A stretch of DNA of 64,000 nucleotides from Eledone cirrhosa (GCA_964016885.1 OZ024743.1:362142001-362206000); one strand, 5' to 3'; positions 27,863 through 39,058 are shown, counted from the first letter of the stretch. A program made the numbers and translations. The notes: generated by a model not told the origin, from the letters alone.

Positions 27863-27905
27863 ACGATGTACTAGTTTCAAGCTTGTTAGCTATCATCAGC
27901 ACCGT
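27863..27905 (-). ncRNA. Type I hammerhead ribozyme, family B, intact
   Basis: Identical motif to 27385-27427. Confidence 0.85.
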
Positions 27906-28046
27906 TTACCCATCTGCCAGATAGTTGAACGTTCGGTATGCCTGACCGATTTAACTCACTCAATATGCAAATTAGGCTGCTCAGCCGTTAATTTTCATAA
28001 GGAAAGTATATACTTTCGAACGTTCAACTATCTGGCAGATGGGTAA

Positions 28047-28089
28047 ACGCTGCTGATGATAGCTAACAAGCTTGAAACTAGTACATCGT
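28047..28089 (+). ncRNA. Type I hammerhead ribozyme, family B (one stem I mismatch)
   Basis: ACGCTG-CTGATGA-TAGCT-AACA-AGCTT-GAAAC-TA-GTA-CATCGT. Confidence 0.8.
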
Positions 28090-28379
28090 TCCTGTGTCAG
28101 TGTTGAACAAAAAGGTGACGTGGTTGCCTTAACACCGTATGGCATAAATTTAGGCTGTTCAGTTTGTTTACAAACGAACAAAGCGACGTTATAATAAGCG
28201 CCGCTAAACTGATACGTGCATATATGTATGTGTACCTGTCTGCATATGTATGTATATATGTATATATATATATATATATGTGTGCATGCTACTGTACGTC
28301 TGTATACATATATGTATGTACGTATACATGCATACTTACATATATTTATATATATATATACTTATATATGTATGTAAAA

Positions 28380-28751
28380 GGTAAACAGAAATAACAACAC
28401 AATCGGTACAGAGAATATTTTAGGTTAACGCTTCATATAGCAGGAAGAGGATCTTAACGTTTCGGACGCTAGTCCATCATCAGAAGAAAGAATGAGAAAT
28501 AAGATAGATTGAGGGGACGGGCGGGTTGGAATTGGAAAAAATGTCTTCAGATAAAAATAACAGGTCCATTCATGTTGACATCTTTTACAAAACTGTTGGT
28601 GCTGGCGTTTTGTGTATGATTTATTTTTTAGAAAAGTTGATGATGGACCGCGTCTACTTGAAATGGAAAAAAAGCGTTTTGTAAAAAGAGCTATACTTGT
28701 GCACGTGCGCGCGCGTGTGTGTGTGTGTGTGTGTGCGTGTGTGTGTGTGCG

Positions 28752-28786
<35 letters not shown>

Positions 28787-30949
28787 CTGTGTCTGTGTGT
28801 GTTATTATACGTCTGTACGAAGCTAAGAAGAAATGTGTGTGTATATGTGAGTAAAAGAGTCAGTGTGCATGTAAGTACGAAGCTATGAGCAAAACTATGT
28901 CAATATAAGGGTGTGTATGTGTGTATACAGAGCAGTGAAGGGAAAAGTGGAGTGAGTATATATAGTCGACCTGTATTAGTTGTAAGAGAAGATGTTAATG
29001 ATCAAGAGAAAGTGATATGAATCTAGGGGTGTTATAATGGACGGTGTATTAGAGAAATTGGGGAGGTGAGTTGAGTTCAAGAGGGGAATTGGACTCAAGG
29101 CGGTGAATCAGACTTTGTTCTGTCCTGGTACGTGAGGCCTGTGATCCATGATGTAAAAGGACACCCAGGACTGAAACATGTAGGGAAGAATGACCAGGAG
29201 AACAGAAATGACGGGCGACAGGAGTGGCCAACCGAGTCGTATGTCCCTCACATTTTCGGCAAAACGGTCCGCCAAACGGCGTCCTGTTTGTCCGACATAT
29301 AAAAACCCGCAAAGGGAACACCGGATGGCATAGACAACGTGGGTGGATGTGCAGGTAAAAGAGTGGCGGATACGGAAAGCCCCGTTAGGGCCTGTAAGAG
29401 TGGTGAGAGTGGAAATGAAGGGACAAGTGTTGCAGCGGGAACGGAAACAAGGATGACAGCCCGGTGGAGTCGTGGGAGAGGACGAGAAGGAACTGCGAAC
29501 CAGGAGGGCGCGGAGATTGCGGGCGTGCTTAAAAGCAGTAATAGGTGGGTTTGGAAAAAAGCGAGAAGTGACGAGGTCAAAAGAGACGATGCGGAAGGAA
29601 CGGAGGTTATGTCGCCGGAGTGGTAGGGTGATGCGGTGGTAGGTGAGAGGGAAAGGAACTCGGGTGTTGGGAGGGCGGGGGTGAGATCAGCTTGGATCAG
29701 CTGGATGAAGCAGTAAGCCATGTGAAGGGAATGTGTTTCGAAATCGTCTTCCTGGCTACAGAGCCGATGAAGGCGGAGGAATTGAGAATAGGGTATGGAG
29801 TGTTTGGTGTGGGTTGGATGGGAGGAGGTGAAGTCGAGGTAAGAGTGGGAGTCTGTTGGTTTAATGAAGATGGAAGTAGAGAGGGTCTGGTGAGAGTGAT
29901 TAATAGATAGAAAGATATCTAGATAAGCGACAGAAGAATCGGAGACGGAAGCGGTGAAATTGAGAGCAGGATGGAAAGATTGGATAAAAGAAAGAAAACA
30001 GTCGAGCTGTTCTCATGATAGAGAGGTGGCGCCGATACAATCGTCGATATAACGACCGGATGCCTCAGGTGTCAGTCCAGCGTACTGGGAGAAGATCTGG
30101 GCTTCGGCGTAGACAACAAACAAGTTGCCATAGTTTGGACCCATTCTGGTTCCCATCGCTACCCCAGAGACCTGCTGATAAAATTCACCCAAAAAAGAAA
30201 ATCCATTGGGGGAGAGAACAAGCTCAGCCAAACGGAGAAGAGTTGTAGTGCTGGGGTAAGGGGTAGGGCGTAAATCTAAAAATGTTAGAGAGCTCTCTCT
30301 ATACCGTCATCCCTCATGATGACGGTATAGAGAGAGGTGATGTCCAGGGTAAATAGAAGGCGGGAGGGATCAGGTGGGAAGGAGAAACAGTTGAAGAGTC
30401 TAAGGGCATGATTTTTAACGTGGATATGGGAGGGGTGATTGCCGACCAACGAGGCGAAGATGGTGTGTTAATATTCAGAAACTATCTCGGTGGGGCAGTT
30501 GCACGCGGAAACGATAGGACGGCCGGGATTATTTTGTTTGTGTATTTCGGGGAGGAAGTAGATGGTGGGTGTGCGAGGGGTGCGTACAATAAGGTTGGTA
30601 GCTGTGGGGGTAGGAGAGAGAGGAGGAGATGAGCTCGTGGATGGTAGAGGACACGAGTTGTTGGTAACCAGGAGTGGGGTCGGAGGATAAAGGGCGGTTA
30701 AAAAGGGTATTGTGAAGCTGGCGGAGTGCCTCAGCCCTATAGAGGTCAGCGCTCCAAACCACCACAGCGCCACCTTTGTCAGCGGGTTTGATGACAATGT
30801 CATCGCGACGCCGAAGGTTGCGAAGAGCGGAGAGCTCAGTCCGCATGATGTAGGAGCGACGAGAATGGTGGTGGAAACGGAACCGATTCACAGTACGCCG
30901 GCAACTATCGACAAAGGAGTCGAGGGTGCTGAACTGGCCAGAGCTCGGC

Positions 30950-30950
<1 letters not shown>
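28380..30950 (-). mobile_element. Decayed Penelope-like element (second PLE lineage; RT + GIY-YIG, frameshifted) with 3' pLTR
   Basis: VIKPADKGGAVVVW, IYFLPEIHK..NPGRPIVS, FTLDITSLYT, YQQVSGVAMGTRMGP, RYIDDCIG and YVGQTGR. The ORF ends at 29049 and the element is 5'-truncated into (TA)n at ~30950. Confidence 0.9.
28452..28487 (-). ncRNA. Minimal type I hammerhead ribozyme in PLE pLTR (family E)
   Basis: The minus strand reads TCTT-CTGATGA-T-GGAC-TAGC-GTCC-GAAAC-GTT-AAGA. The palindromic AACGTT stem III is typical of PLE minimal HHRs. Confidence 0.75.
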
Positions 30951-30999
<49 letters not shown>

Positions 31000-31269
31000 G
31001 CATATATATATACATATACAGACACAAACAGATATATATATATGTGTATATATGTATATATATATAATATATATATTTACACACACACGCGCGCGCGCAC
31101 ACACACACACACACATACACACACACATATATATATGTGTGTGTGTGTGTGTGTAAATATATATATATTATATAAATATATACATACATATATATATATA
31201 CATATATATATTTATACATACATACAAATATATATATATATACATATATATATACATATATATATATTT

Positions 31270-31322
<53 letters not shown>

Positions 31323-31336
31323 CAACAGTGACATAA

Positions 31337-31386
31337 ACAGGTACTCAAGTTTCGATGGGTTCTGGGCCCCAATTTCTTCAACCTGT
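31337..31386 (-). ncRNA. Hammerhead-like motif with C3U core variant (family G)
   Basis: The minus strand reads ACAGG-TTGAAGA-aatTGGG..CCCAtc-GAAAC-TTGA-GTA-CCTGT, within a ~200-bp segment duplicated at 33497-33700. Confidence 0.6.
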
Positions 31387-31720
31387 CATGAGAAAAATAA
31401 ACGAACAAAGATGGCCGCCTATGGTTGATTGTGCTTTCCCTATGAGGATATAGCAAAAGAGTTCACGCAAGGGCATGTAATTTAGAAAAAAGTATTTAAA
31501 AAAAGGAGTTATTTATTCCTAATTAAACCATTTTTCAACTGTGAACAATTTGTCAGCATTTTCTATTCCGTTTACCAATATATAATAACTTGTGTATTAC
31601 ACCTCTATTCTTTTAACTATATATATATATATATATATATATAACGAAGGAAATGTGGTAAGGAACCAGGTGGACCATAACGCACCAAAGTACTCAATAC
31701 TTGAGGTAGTAGAGTGGGTA

Positions 31721-31843
31721 ATAGGAACCAGTAAGACCCCGACGGCTGAGCTCAAGCCGTTTCGACGGCTAATTCTGGAATGAGTCCAGAATTAGCCGTC
31801 GAAACGGCTTGAGCTCAGCCGTCGGGGTCTTACTGGTTCCTAT
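31721..31843. repeat. Perfect 59-bp-arm palindrome with 5-nt loop
   Basis: 31721-31779 is the exact reverse complement of 31785-31843; loop ATGAG. Confidence 0.95.
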
Positions 31844-31869
31844 ATATATATATATATACATATATGTAA

Positions 31870-32810
31870 ATGTTAATAATGCTTTAGTTAAGACCGTTCA
31901 GCAAAGAATCTCTAGACTCTCGGCTAATAAAGAAATTTTTGATAATAAGGCTAAATATTAACGATGCGTTACATAGAGCAGGTTACCTAGATAAAATTAC
32001 ATATATAGATAAAAATAGTTATACACATACATCCTATGACAATATCCATAGCATAAGCCATAGAACTACACCAAATCAATCATATAATAGATAATCTCCT
32101 ATAAAACCAATAAGCCAAATAAAAAAAACCGCTCTCGTTCTATTTTATGGTATTCTCCACCACTTGGAATCTGGAAAAGTTTAGCCCACCTATTCTTCAA
32201 TTCTCTTGATAAATGCTTCCCAAAAATTCATAAATATATTAGAATTTTTAATAGACATACAATTAAATTCTCATACTCAAACACTATGTATATTGCGCAG
32301 AATATAGCTAAAATTAATAATAGTAATCTCGGAATATTATTCATATGGAATTAACCCCTAACGATAATCAGCCAATAACTAATAGTGTAATCAAATCCTC
32401 TATTAACAATTATACCACCAACTCGAACTATGAAAACAGAGAGGCATCATCAAATATCAGCGGAGGTAATTGCAATTGTAAAAATAGTTACTCTTGCCCA
32501 TTAAATAATAACTGTCTTATAATAATATAGGTGCTACTTCCTCTAAATTTAAGGAAAGGTTGTATAATCAACGCCACACGCATAAGAGATAAGATAAGAG
32601 ATTTGATTTAGTACTGCTTTATCTGAATTAATTTGGTCGCTTAAAAATAAAAGTATAAAATATTCTCTTTCTTAGCAAAAGCTCTCCAACGCTTTACCTT
32701 ATATATATTCTTCCATTTCTAAAGGTTGTAACTTATGTAACACTGAATGTTTTTAAATTCTTAAATATAGGAAATTAATTATTAATAAAAAAATATATAT
32801 CTTTCGTTTA
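31870..32810 (+). pseudogene. Degenerate PLE linker/GIY-YIG fragment
   Basis: R.S.LSANKEIFDNKA, ILWYSPP, FPK.HKY.RIFNRHTIKFSYS, CNCKNSYSCPLNNNCL and IGATSSKFKER. Confidence 0.75.
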
Positions 32811-32817
32811 TTACTAT

Positions 32818-32871
<54 letters not shown>

Positions 32872-32892
32872 TAGATAGATAGATAGATATAG

Positions 32893-32976
<84 letters not shown>

Positions 32977-33091
32977 GAGGTGAGTTTTATTGTAGAACAA
33001 TAAATCAATGCAAATATCGGATAAGTAGCCGTCAACAGTTTATTGGACTGGAGTATATAAGAAATTAAAAGATGGTTAAAAAAGTTCCATG

Positions 33092-33162
33092 TATTTTATT
33101 ATGCGCATTTCAAAATCCAATATCATCCTGGCACGATATTTGCGTTCTCATCAGATAAAATA
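33092..33162 (-). ncRNA. Type I hammerhead ribozyme motif (family F), left arm of inverted repeat 33059-33431
   Basis: The minus strand reads TATTTTAT-CTGATGA-(36 nt stem II)-GAAAT-GCGC-ATA-ATAAAATA. Confidence 0.7.
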
Positions 33163-33327
33163 GGGAGACATGATATGATGCTAAAAAAAAAAAACACTTG
33201 TGAACAAGTGTTTTTTTTTCCCCAATCTCCTATATCCTTTTAAATCTATTTATCATATGTTGATTAGACACTACCTTGTCGACAAGTGTTTTTTATTTAT
33301 TTTTTTAAGCATCATATCATGTCTCCC

Positions 33328-33398
33328 TATTTTATCTGATGAGAACGCAAATATCGTCCGAGGATTATATTTGTTTTTGAAATGCGCATAATAAAATA
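33328..33398 (+). ncRNA. Type I hammerhead ribozyme motif (family F), right arm
   Basis: Stem I TATTTTAT/ATAAAATA; CTGATGA at 33336-42; stem II GCAAATAT/ATATTTGT; GAAA at 33379-82; palindromic stem III ATGCGCAT; site AUA. Confidence 0.75.
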
Positions 33399-33431
33399 CA
33401 TGGAACTTTTTTAACCATCTTTTAATTTCTT

Positions 33432-33501
<70 letters not shown>

Positions 33502-33515
33502 CAACAGTGACATAA

Positions 33516-33565
33516 ACAGGTACTCAAGTTTCGATGGGTTCTGGGCCCTAATTTCTTCAACCTGT
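33516..33565 (-). ncRNA. Hammerhead-like motif, family G, in the pLTR downstream of a GIY-YIG fragment
   Basis: Same motif as 31337-31386. Confidence 0.6.
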
Positions 33566-33852
33566 CATGAGAAAAATAAACGAACAAAGATGGCCGCCTA
33601 TGGTTGATTGTGCTTTCCCTATGAGGATATAGCAAAAGAGTTCACGCAAGGGCATGTAATTTAGAAAAAAGTATTTAAAAAAAGGAGTTATTTAAAAAAA
33701 ATAGGGTAAGATATAAGGGAGGTAACTTTTGGGTGACCGCAGTAAATTCAGAATGGAAATAGAAACATAATAATTTCTTCTAGTTGACGCCAGGCATCAT
33801 ATTTCACTGACATACAATATAATCAGTAACTCGAAAGATACTTCTGGACCTG

Positions 33853-34235
33853 TTAGTCAGGTCCAAGCCATTTATCCATATATTTCTTCACATGGGTACA
33901 ACCACCAAAGCAATCGTGTCGTGTGTTGAGGCAGTGCTTATCCGAAGCTAATTGTGAGAGTATCCGCCATTTTTCGGAATTGCGAAGCCGACAAAATTTC
34001 GACCCATTTATGTAGGTGGCAGATCTTTCCAAAATACGCCATTTGATGGGAAAAGGCGTGCCATTGTTCTTACGGTCCCATGCGGGGTTTGAAGGCTGGG
34101 TGGTATGTTTTTTATCAGGATATCTGAATGTTGCTTCATGATTCCGGAACTGGTTTTTAAACCGGCTCTCGGACACACCAACATAGGTCCAGGCTTCAGT
34201 TTGTTGGTTCTGGTTGGTGGAGGTAGCCTCTGCTT
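33853..34235 (-). pseudogene. PLE GIY-YIG endonuclease C-terminal fragment
   Basis: YVGVSESRFK.QFRNH..TFR, IKWRILERS, FCRL..SEK..IL and C.H at the end. Confidence 0.75.
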
Positions 34236-35176
34236 AGTATATATATATATATATATGCGCGAATGATCGGCAAAATCATATAGAGTGAATGCTGAACATA
34301 TATATATATTGTACATATTCTTACTCATCCCAGCTTATCGTTACTTTCCGATAGATTTGGATGAAATCATACGATAAAAAAAAAACTTGAGACAAAATCC
34401 TCACCAACCAATGTAAACTCCGAGTGTGCGAAAATCTGAGAATACTCCCTTGCCCTTCTCCTTCCTGTTTTGGGGGGAAAATTCCATTTCGTTTATATAT
34501 AGAAATAGACTGCTTCTTCTAGCAACTCTGTTATTTTACAACCCTTCTGTATTGACAGTATAATCACTTGATATGTGATTATACTGTCAATACAGTGTTA
34601 CATAAGTTACAACCTTTAGAAATGGAAGAATATAGTTGGCACTATCAACGCACGACTGGGTTTCCTCCACTCCCTCTCCCTCTTTCTTCTACTGGCAAGT
34701 TCAGCTACCCCTTCCTTCCACAAAATGCCATGATAGAATTATGTGTCTCAACAACAAACTTTTGACCAATCCTTGTGACAATCACTTTTACCATATATGG
34801 AATTACTCCCCGAGAAGCTCGGCTATTCATGTACCAGGATAAAAATGTTCATTTAGTCCAGAATTAGCCGGTGAAACGGCTTGAGCTCAGCTCTCGGGAT
34901 CCTACTCGTTCCTATATATATATATATATACAATGTACGATTATTCCATATTTTCTTTAGTCATTATCAAAAATATCTGCTGTAAATTAGATGGAATTGT
35001 TATATCTATCTTCAGCTTGCTATTGAGAATTGTGGCTTTTTGTTGTAGTTGTTCTTGCTGAAAAATAAAAACAAAAAGCAGGCAGATGGATAAAGAGGTT
35101 AGCAGAAAGGTAGGTGGGTAGATATATAGCTAGATAGATAGTTAGATTGATATAGCTAGATAGATAGATAGAGAGG

Positions 35177-35252
<76 letters not shown>

Positions 35253-35524
35253 ACAAAGTAAACATGATTTCATGAATGTTTCATTTTGATTACAGATAAT
35301 ATGGAAATTAATGTAATTGACTTAGTGAATTTAAATTTAAATACGATGATATTCAGAGGAAACTCGAGGATTCATTTTTCTTTATATAAAATGTTGTATT
35401 CAAGGAATTATTAAATAAAATATATTTTTTTAATATAAACCCTGTCATATCATGCTAGTATGTATGTATGTGCCATGTAACTGTATTTTTCTTTATTTTC
35501 CTCACACTATCCCTAAGCTGCTGC

Positions 35525-35720
35525 AATAATTGTTTGTTTCTACTTTTGGCACGAGGCCAGCAATTACCCCAGTGCATTTACTGGTACTTTATTTTATCGA
35601 TCCCGTAAGGATGAAAAGCAAAGTTAACCTCGGCGGGATTTGAACTGAGACCGTAAAGGTCCGTAACTCTATGCTTCAAAGCATGGCGTCCGAACCTCTA
35701 CCGATACTGCCAATCCACCG
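35525..35720 (-). mobile_element. Main-family SINE
   Basis: Reverse complement of the 4240-4423 element. Confidence 0.85.
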
Positions 35721-36057
35721 CTGCAGTAATTAATATAATACTTTAGGTGTACAAATACCATCCAGTAATCCAGGTACTCCACACCAGTAAGGCCCACATA
35801 CTCCTTCTCTAACCATCTCAGGGGACACCATTTTCTACCCGTATAACTGATGTCCGGCTGTAATGAGAAATGTGGAGACGTTTGAGTAATGGACGAATAA
35901 CGTATGTTTTCCCAATTATTCCTTCAGCATCAATTTGTTCATATTTCCTTCACATCAACGTATGTATTCCTTGGAGAAATTTGCAAATGTGATTCTCGCA
36001 TTCGCTCTCACCATCTTCATCTCATTCTCATTCTCTCTCTCTCACTCACTCACTCAC

Positions 36058-36145
<88 letters not shown>

Positions 36146-36181
36146 ACTCACTCTTTCTCTCTCTCTCTCTCTTTCTTCCTA

Positions 36182-36212
<31 letters not shown>

Positions 36213-36967
36213 TTCCCTCTCCCTCTCTCTCTGCACTTGTGCGTGTATAGTCAGGCTTGCGTGTGTATGTGTGTGCGTGTCTCTGAGCCTGTATATATAT
36301 GAAGTGTGCATATGTTCTTTCTTTAGAAAGATAAAAGGAAAGGAAGAATGATAAAAATAAGAGAGAAAGAAAGAAAAAATACAACATTTACTGGTGGAAA
36401 ATCTGAAATACTAGTGTAACCAAGCCAGTCATCAATACTTGGGTCTTTATTTCAGATTTAGAAAATATTTCAACGTTGCCATGTTATACTAACCTTTCTT
36501 TTCAAACCGGCGACTCTACTTACATTTAGAACTTCATTGGTTTGCTCAATAATGCTTTACTTGCCGTCAGTATTTGACGCATGGCCACAAATTGGCTGAA
36601 TCGTTAGAATGTTGAATAGAATTCTTTGCGATATTCGTTCCGGTTCCCTGTGCTCGGGGTTCTAATCAGTATTTGGTCGACGTTCATTCTTCCTCTATCT
36701 TCCCTTTTCTCTCCAAGTATTTACTTCTCTATTCTTCCCTCCAACTCTTTCTCTTTAATTCTCTCCATCTCTTTCTTTTCCTCCTCTCACTGGAAGACTG
36801 TTTTGAGACTTGAAGGGTGATGGGTTCTGTCAAGTGTAAATGTTACGTTTTTCGCTTCTAATATTTCATAGCTCAAAACACCGTAATAATCATTATATAC
36901 AATACTTTGCCTCTAAACTAGTGCATATATCTTCCGACCTTTGATTAAGTAGCAGTCCTTTATCAGC

Positions 36968-37814
36968 AACACGACTCTATTGCGGTTAGTATGACTAACT
37001 TGTATCTCTTTATAGCGGAGAGACGCTTGATTTGGCCAAATAGTGTACGCTATGAACGGCGAGGGCCAACGTAGCATTTCAATAGCTGGGAACTCCTTGG
37101 CGATGATACCCTGCAAGTTTGGGGTAACGCGAATTTGAAGGCGAGCTCAAGCCCACCGAGAGACGAATAGAGCACCGAACGTCCCCGGGCGTCTGGCTCT
37201 CTCATGACCAGACATGAAGCATACCGACTTCATTGCCCAAATTGTGATATGGCAGTCACCCGTCCGATAGGGCGGACGCACATTGCCAAAACGGCTGATC
37301 CCATGATCCCGCGCGACACTTGACAACAGTTAGATGGGCCCGCGGGAGTCAGTGTTTTGATGTTTTGCAGGATCTGCTGATGGCCACGGAAGCTTAGGGG
37401 AAGTGCCTCCAAAAGCACGACCCCTAGTCATGCGGCTCCAAATGATGAAGTCAGAAGCAGGAATATTGCCTTCGACGAAAAATGGCATCGAGAACTAGAA
37501 GTGGCTGCCGAGTGATACGTGGTATGACTTCGGGCGCGGACATACCAAAGATGCTAAGAACCCCATTCGCAGCGTTTACAACTGCTTTTGCTCCGTCGCA
37601 GTTATCACAAGGAAACGGGTCTCGATTAGAGGTTGGCACCATTAATCGCATCAGATTGAAAACTGTGTCTCCCGTTAACGACGATGGGCAGTTCATTTGT
37701 ATCTAATCGTAAACGAAGGTTGATACAATTTTCAGGCGCCCTTAGTTCTCCACGTGTCTAACCACCGAGAGTTAAGCTCTCTACTATGTCAATGTAGCGG
37801 CTTGTCACACAGCC
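36968..37814 (+). ncRNA. Putative large structured non-coding RNA / foreign insert of unknown family
   Basis: ~50% GC and CpG-rich in an AT-rich context, with no ORF >81 aa. About 20 consecutive local stems, many with G.U pairs in the + reading. Imperfect flanking direct repeat CCTTTAT(T)CAGC. Confidence 0.55.
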
Positions 37815-38675
37815 TTTATTCAGCTATGCTCCTGCCACACTTCTATGAAATTTACATTCTTAAAAATTCTATTGGAGCACAATATACCCCAGATCTGTAT
37901 AAATGTAGAAGGGCATCGTATATGAATGTGTACTAAGTCTGGAAAATCTCCAAAGAAATATGAGCGAGGTTTGATGCTTAGAAATGTTGAGAATATAACA
38001 TAAACAGAGGATACGTATCATATAATTTTATTAGAATTATTTTATTGACAGTTTCTTTTGAGAAAAGGTCAAGTCCATCTTTGTAATGGGTAAGTGGCAT
38101 AATCGACTAGTATTTGGCTAGTAATCAATTATTCTATTAGGGTTTGCAGGAATTCAAAAGCATAAACAACTCTGTGAAGTATTTGAAATTCTCTATCATC
38201 CCCACCATACTTGTTTTTTTTTATGTTTGATATTTTAATAACAGTCACCATGAAATAATTAAAATAGAGAAAATACTATGACTGAAAGCTCCATGGATAC
38301 ATAATTCAGCGAATGATTGATATTTTTCCTTTCTCCTATAACCGTTCTGTATTGAAAGTTATATTAATACTGTAGAGACTCGGCAAAGCATACTTGTCAT
38401 ATTTCTTGCACACGGAATTCTGAATGTCAATATATAGTTGTTCTGAAACGATAAACGCAAGAGTTTTTAGGAAGAAGGTCCATTAATCATGTTGTTTTGC
38501 TCCAAATCGATTATTTTTCCGGACAGAGTGATTCATTATGTATTACAGGTTGATAATTAATCGTATATAGATTCTGAGTTGACAACTTAAAGTTCTTATT
38601 AGAAGTGTCATAAAAATTGGGTTTCCTTCCGTATACTGTTACTGAATAACATACGTCTTATGAAAATCATTATTA

Positions 38676-38734
<59 letters not shown>

Positions 38735-38772
38735 ATATGTATATATATATGTGTGTGTGTATGTGTGTGTCT

Positions 38773-39058
38773 GTGTGAATTTTGTATATCGAATAATATA
38801 CGGTATGTTTACGAATAAACATTTGGAAAGCCTTCTGGCTATGAATATTGAAAAGCTAACATATTCCACCAGAAGTAGAGGAAGACAACTGCCAATGCAT
38901 TTCTGACTCTAGCCATTATCAGGACAGTGCTTGCCCTGCTCTCTGCAGGAAATTGAAACAGCGCTAGCCCTCAGATTTTCTATATTCATATCTTGAAGGC
39001 TTTCCAAACGCTTATTCGTCAACATAATATTTATCATTCGATATACGAAATTCACATA
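38773..39058. mobile_element. MITE/foldback-like element with ~85-bp imperfect terminal inverted repeats
   Basis: GTGTGAATTTTGTATATCGAAT...TTTGGAAAGCCTTC..TATGAATAT (38773-38856) pairs with ATATTCATA..GAAGGCTTTCCAAA...ATTCGATATACGAAATTCACA (38973-39058). Confidence 0.6.

Larger units (their letters stand above)
27073..28340. mobile_element. HHR repeat family B (~474-478 bp units): ~1.8 units on minus, then an inverted partial unit on plus
   Basis: Unit starts at 27073 and 27547; inversion junction at ~27934. Clearly homologous to family A; no ORF. Confidence 0.85.

Noticed and set aside
36840-36940. Bacterial-like promoter upstream of the island (TTGCCT...TATCTT)
   Set aside because: The spacer is 15 bp and the context is AT-rich, so it cannot be distinguished from chance.
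37436-37492. ATGATGA-AGTC...GAC-GAAA...ATC resembling an HHR core or C box within the island
   Set aside because: It needs insertions in both core strands and has only a 3-bp stem I; no well-placed D box was seen.
36968-37814. Island as telomerase RNA, rRNA, group I/II intron or a coding gene
   Set aside because: No CUAACCCUAA template, no rRNA or intron catalytic signatures recognised on either strand, and only short ORFs without motifs.
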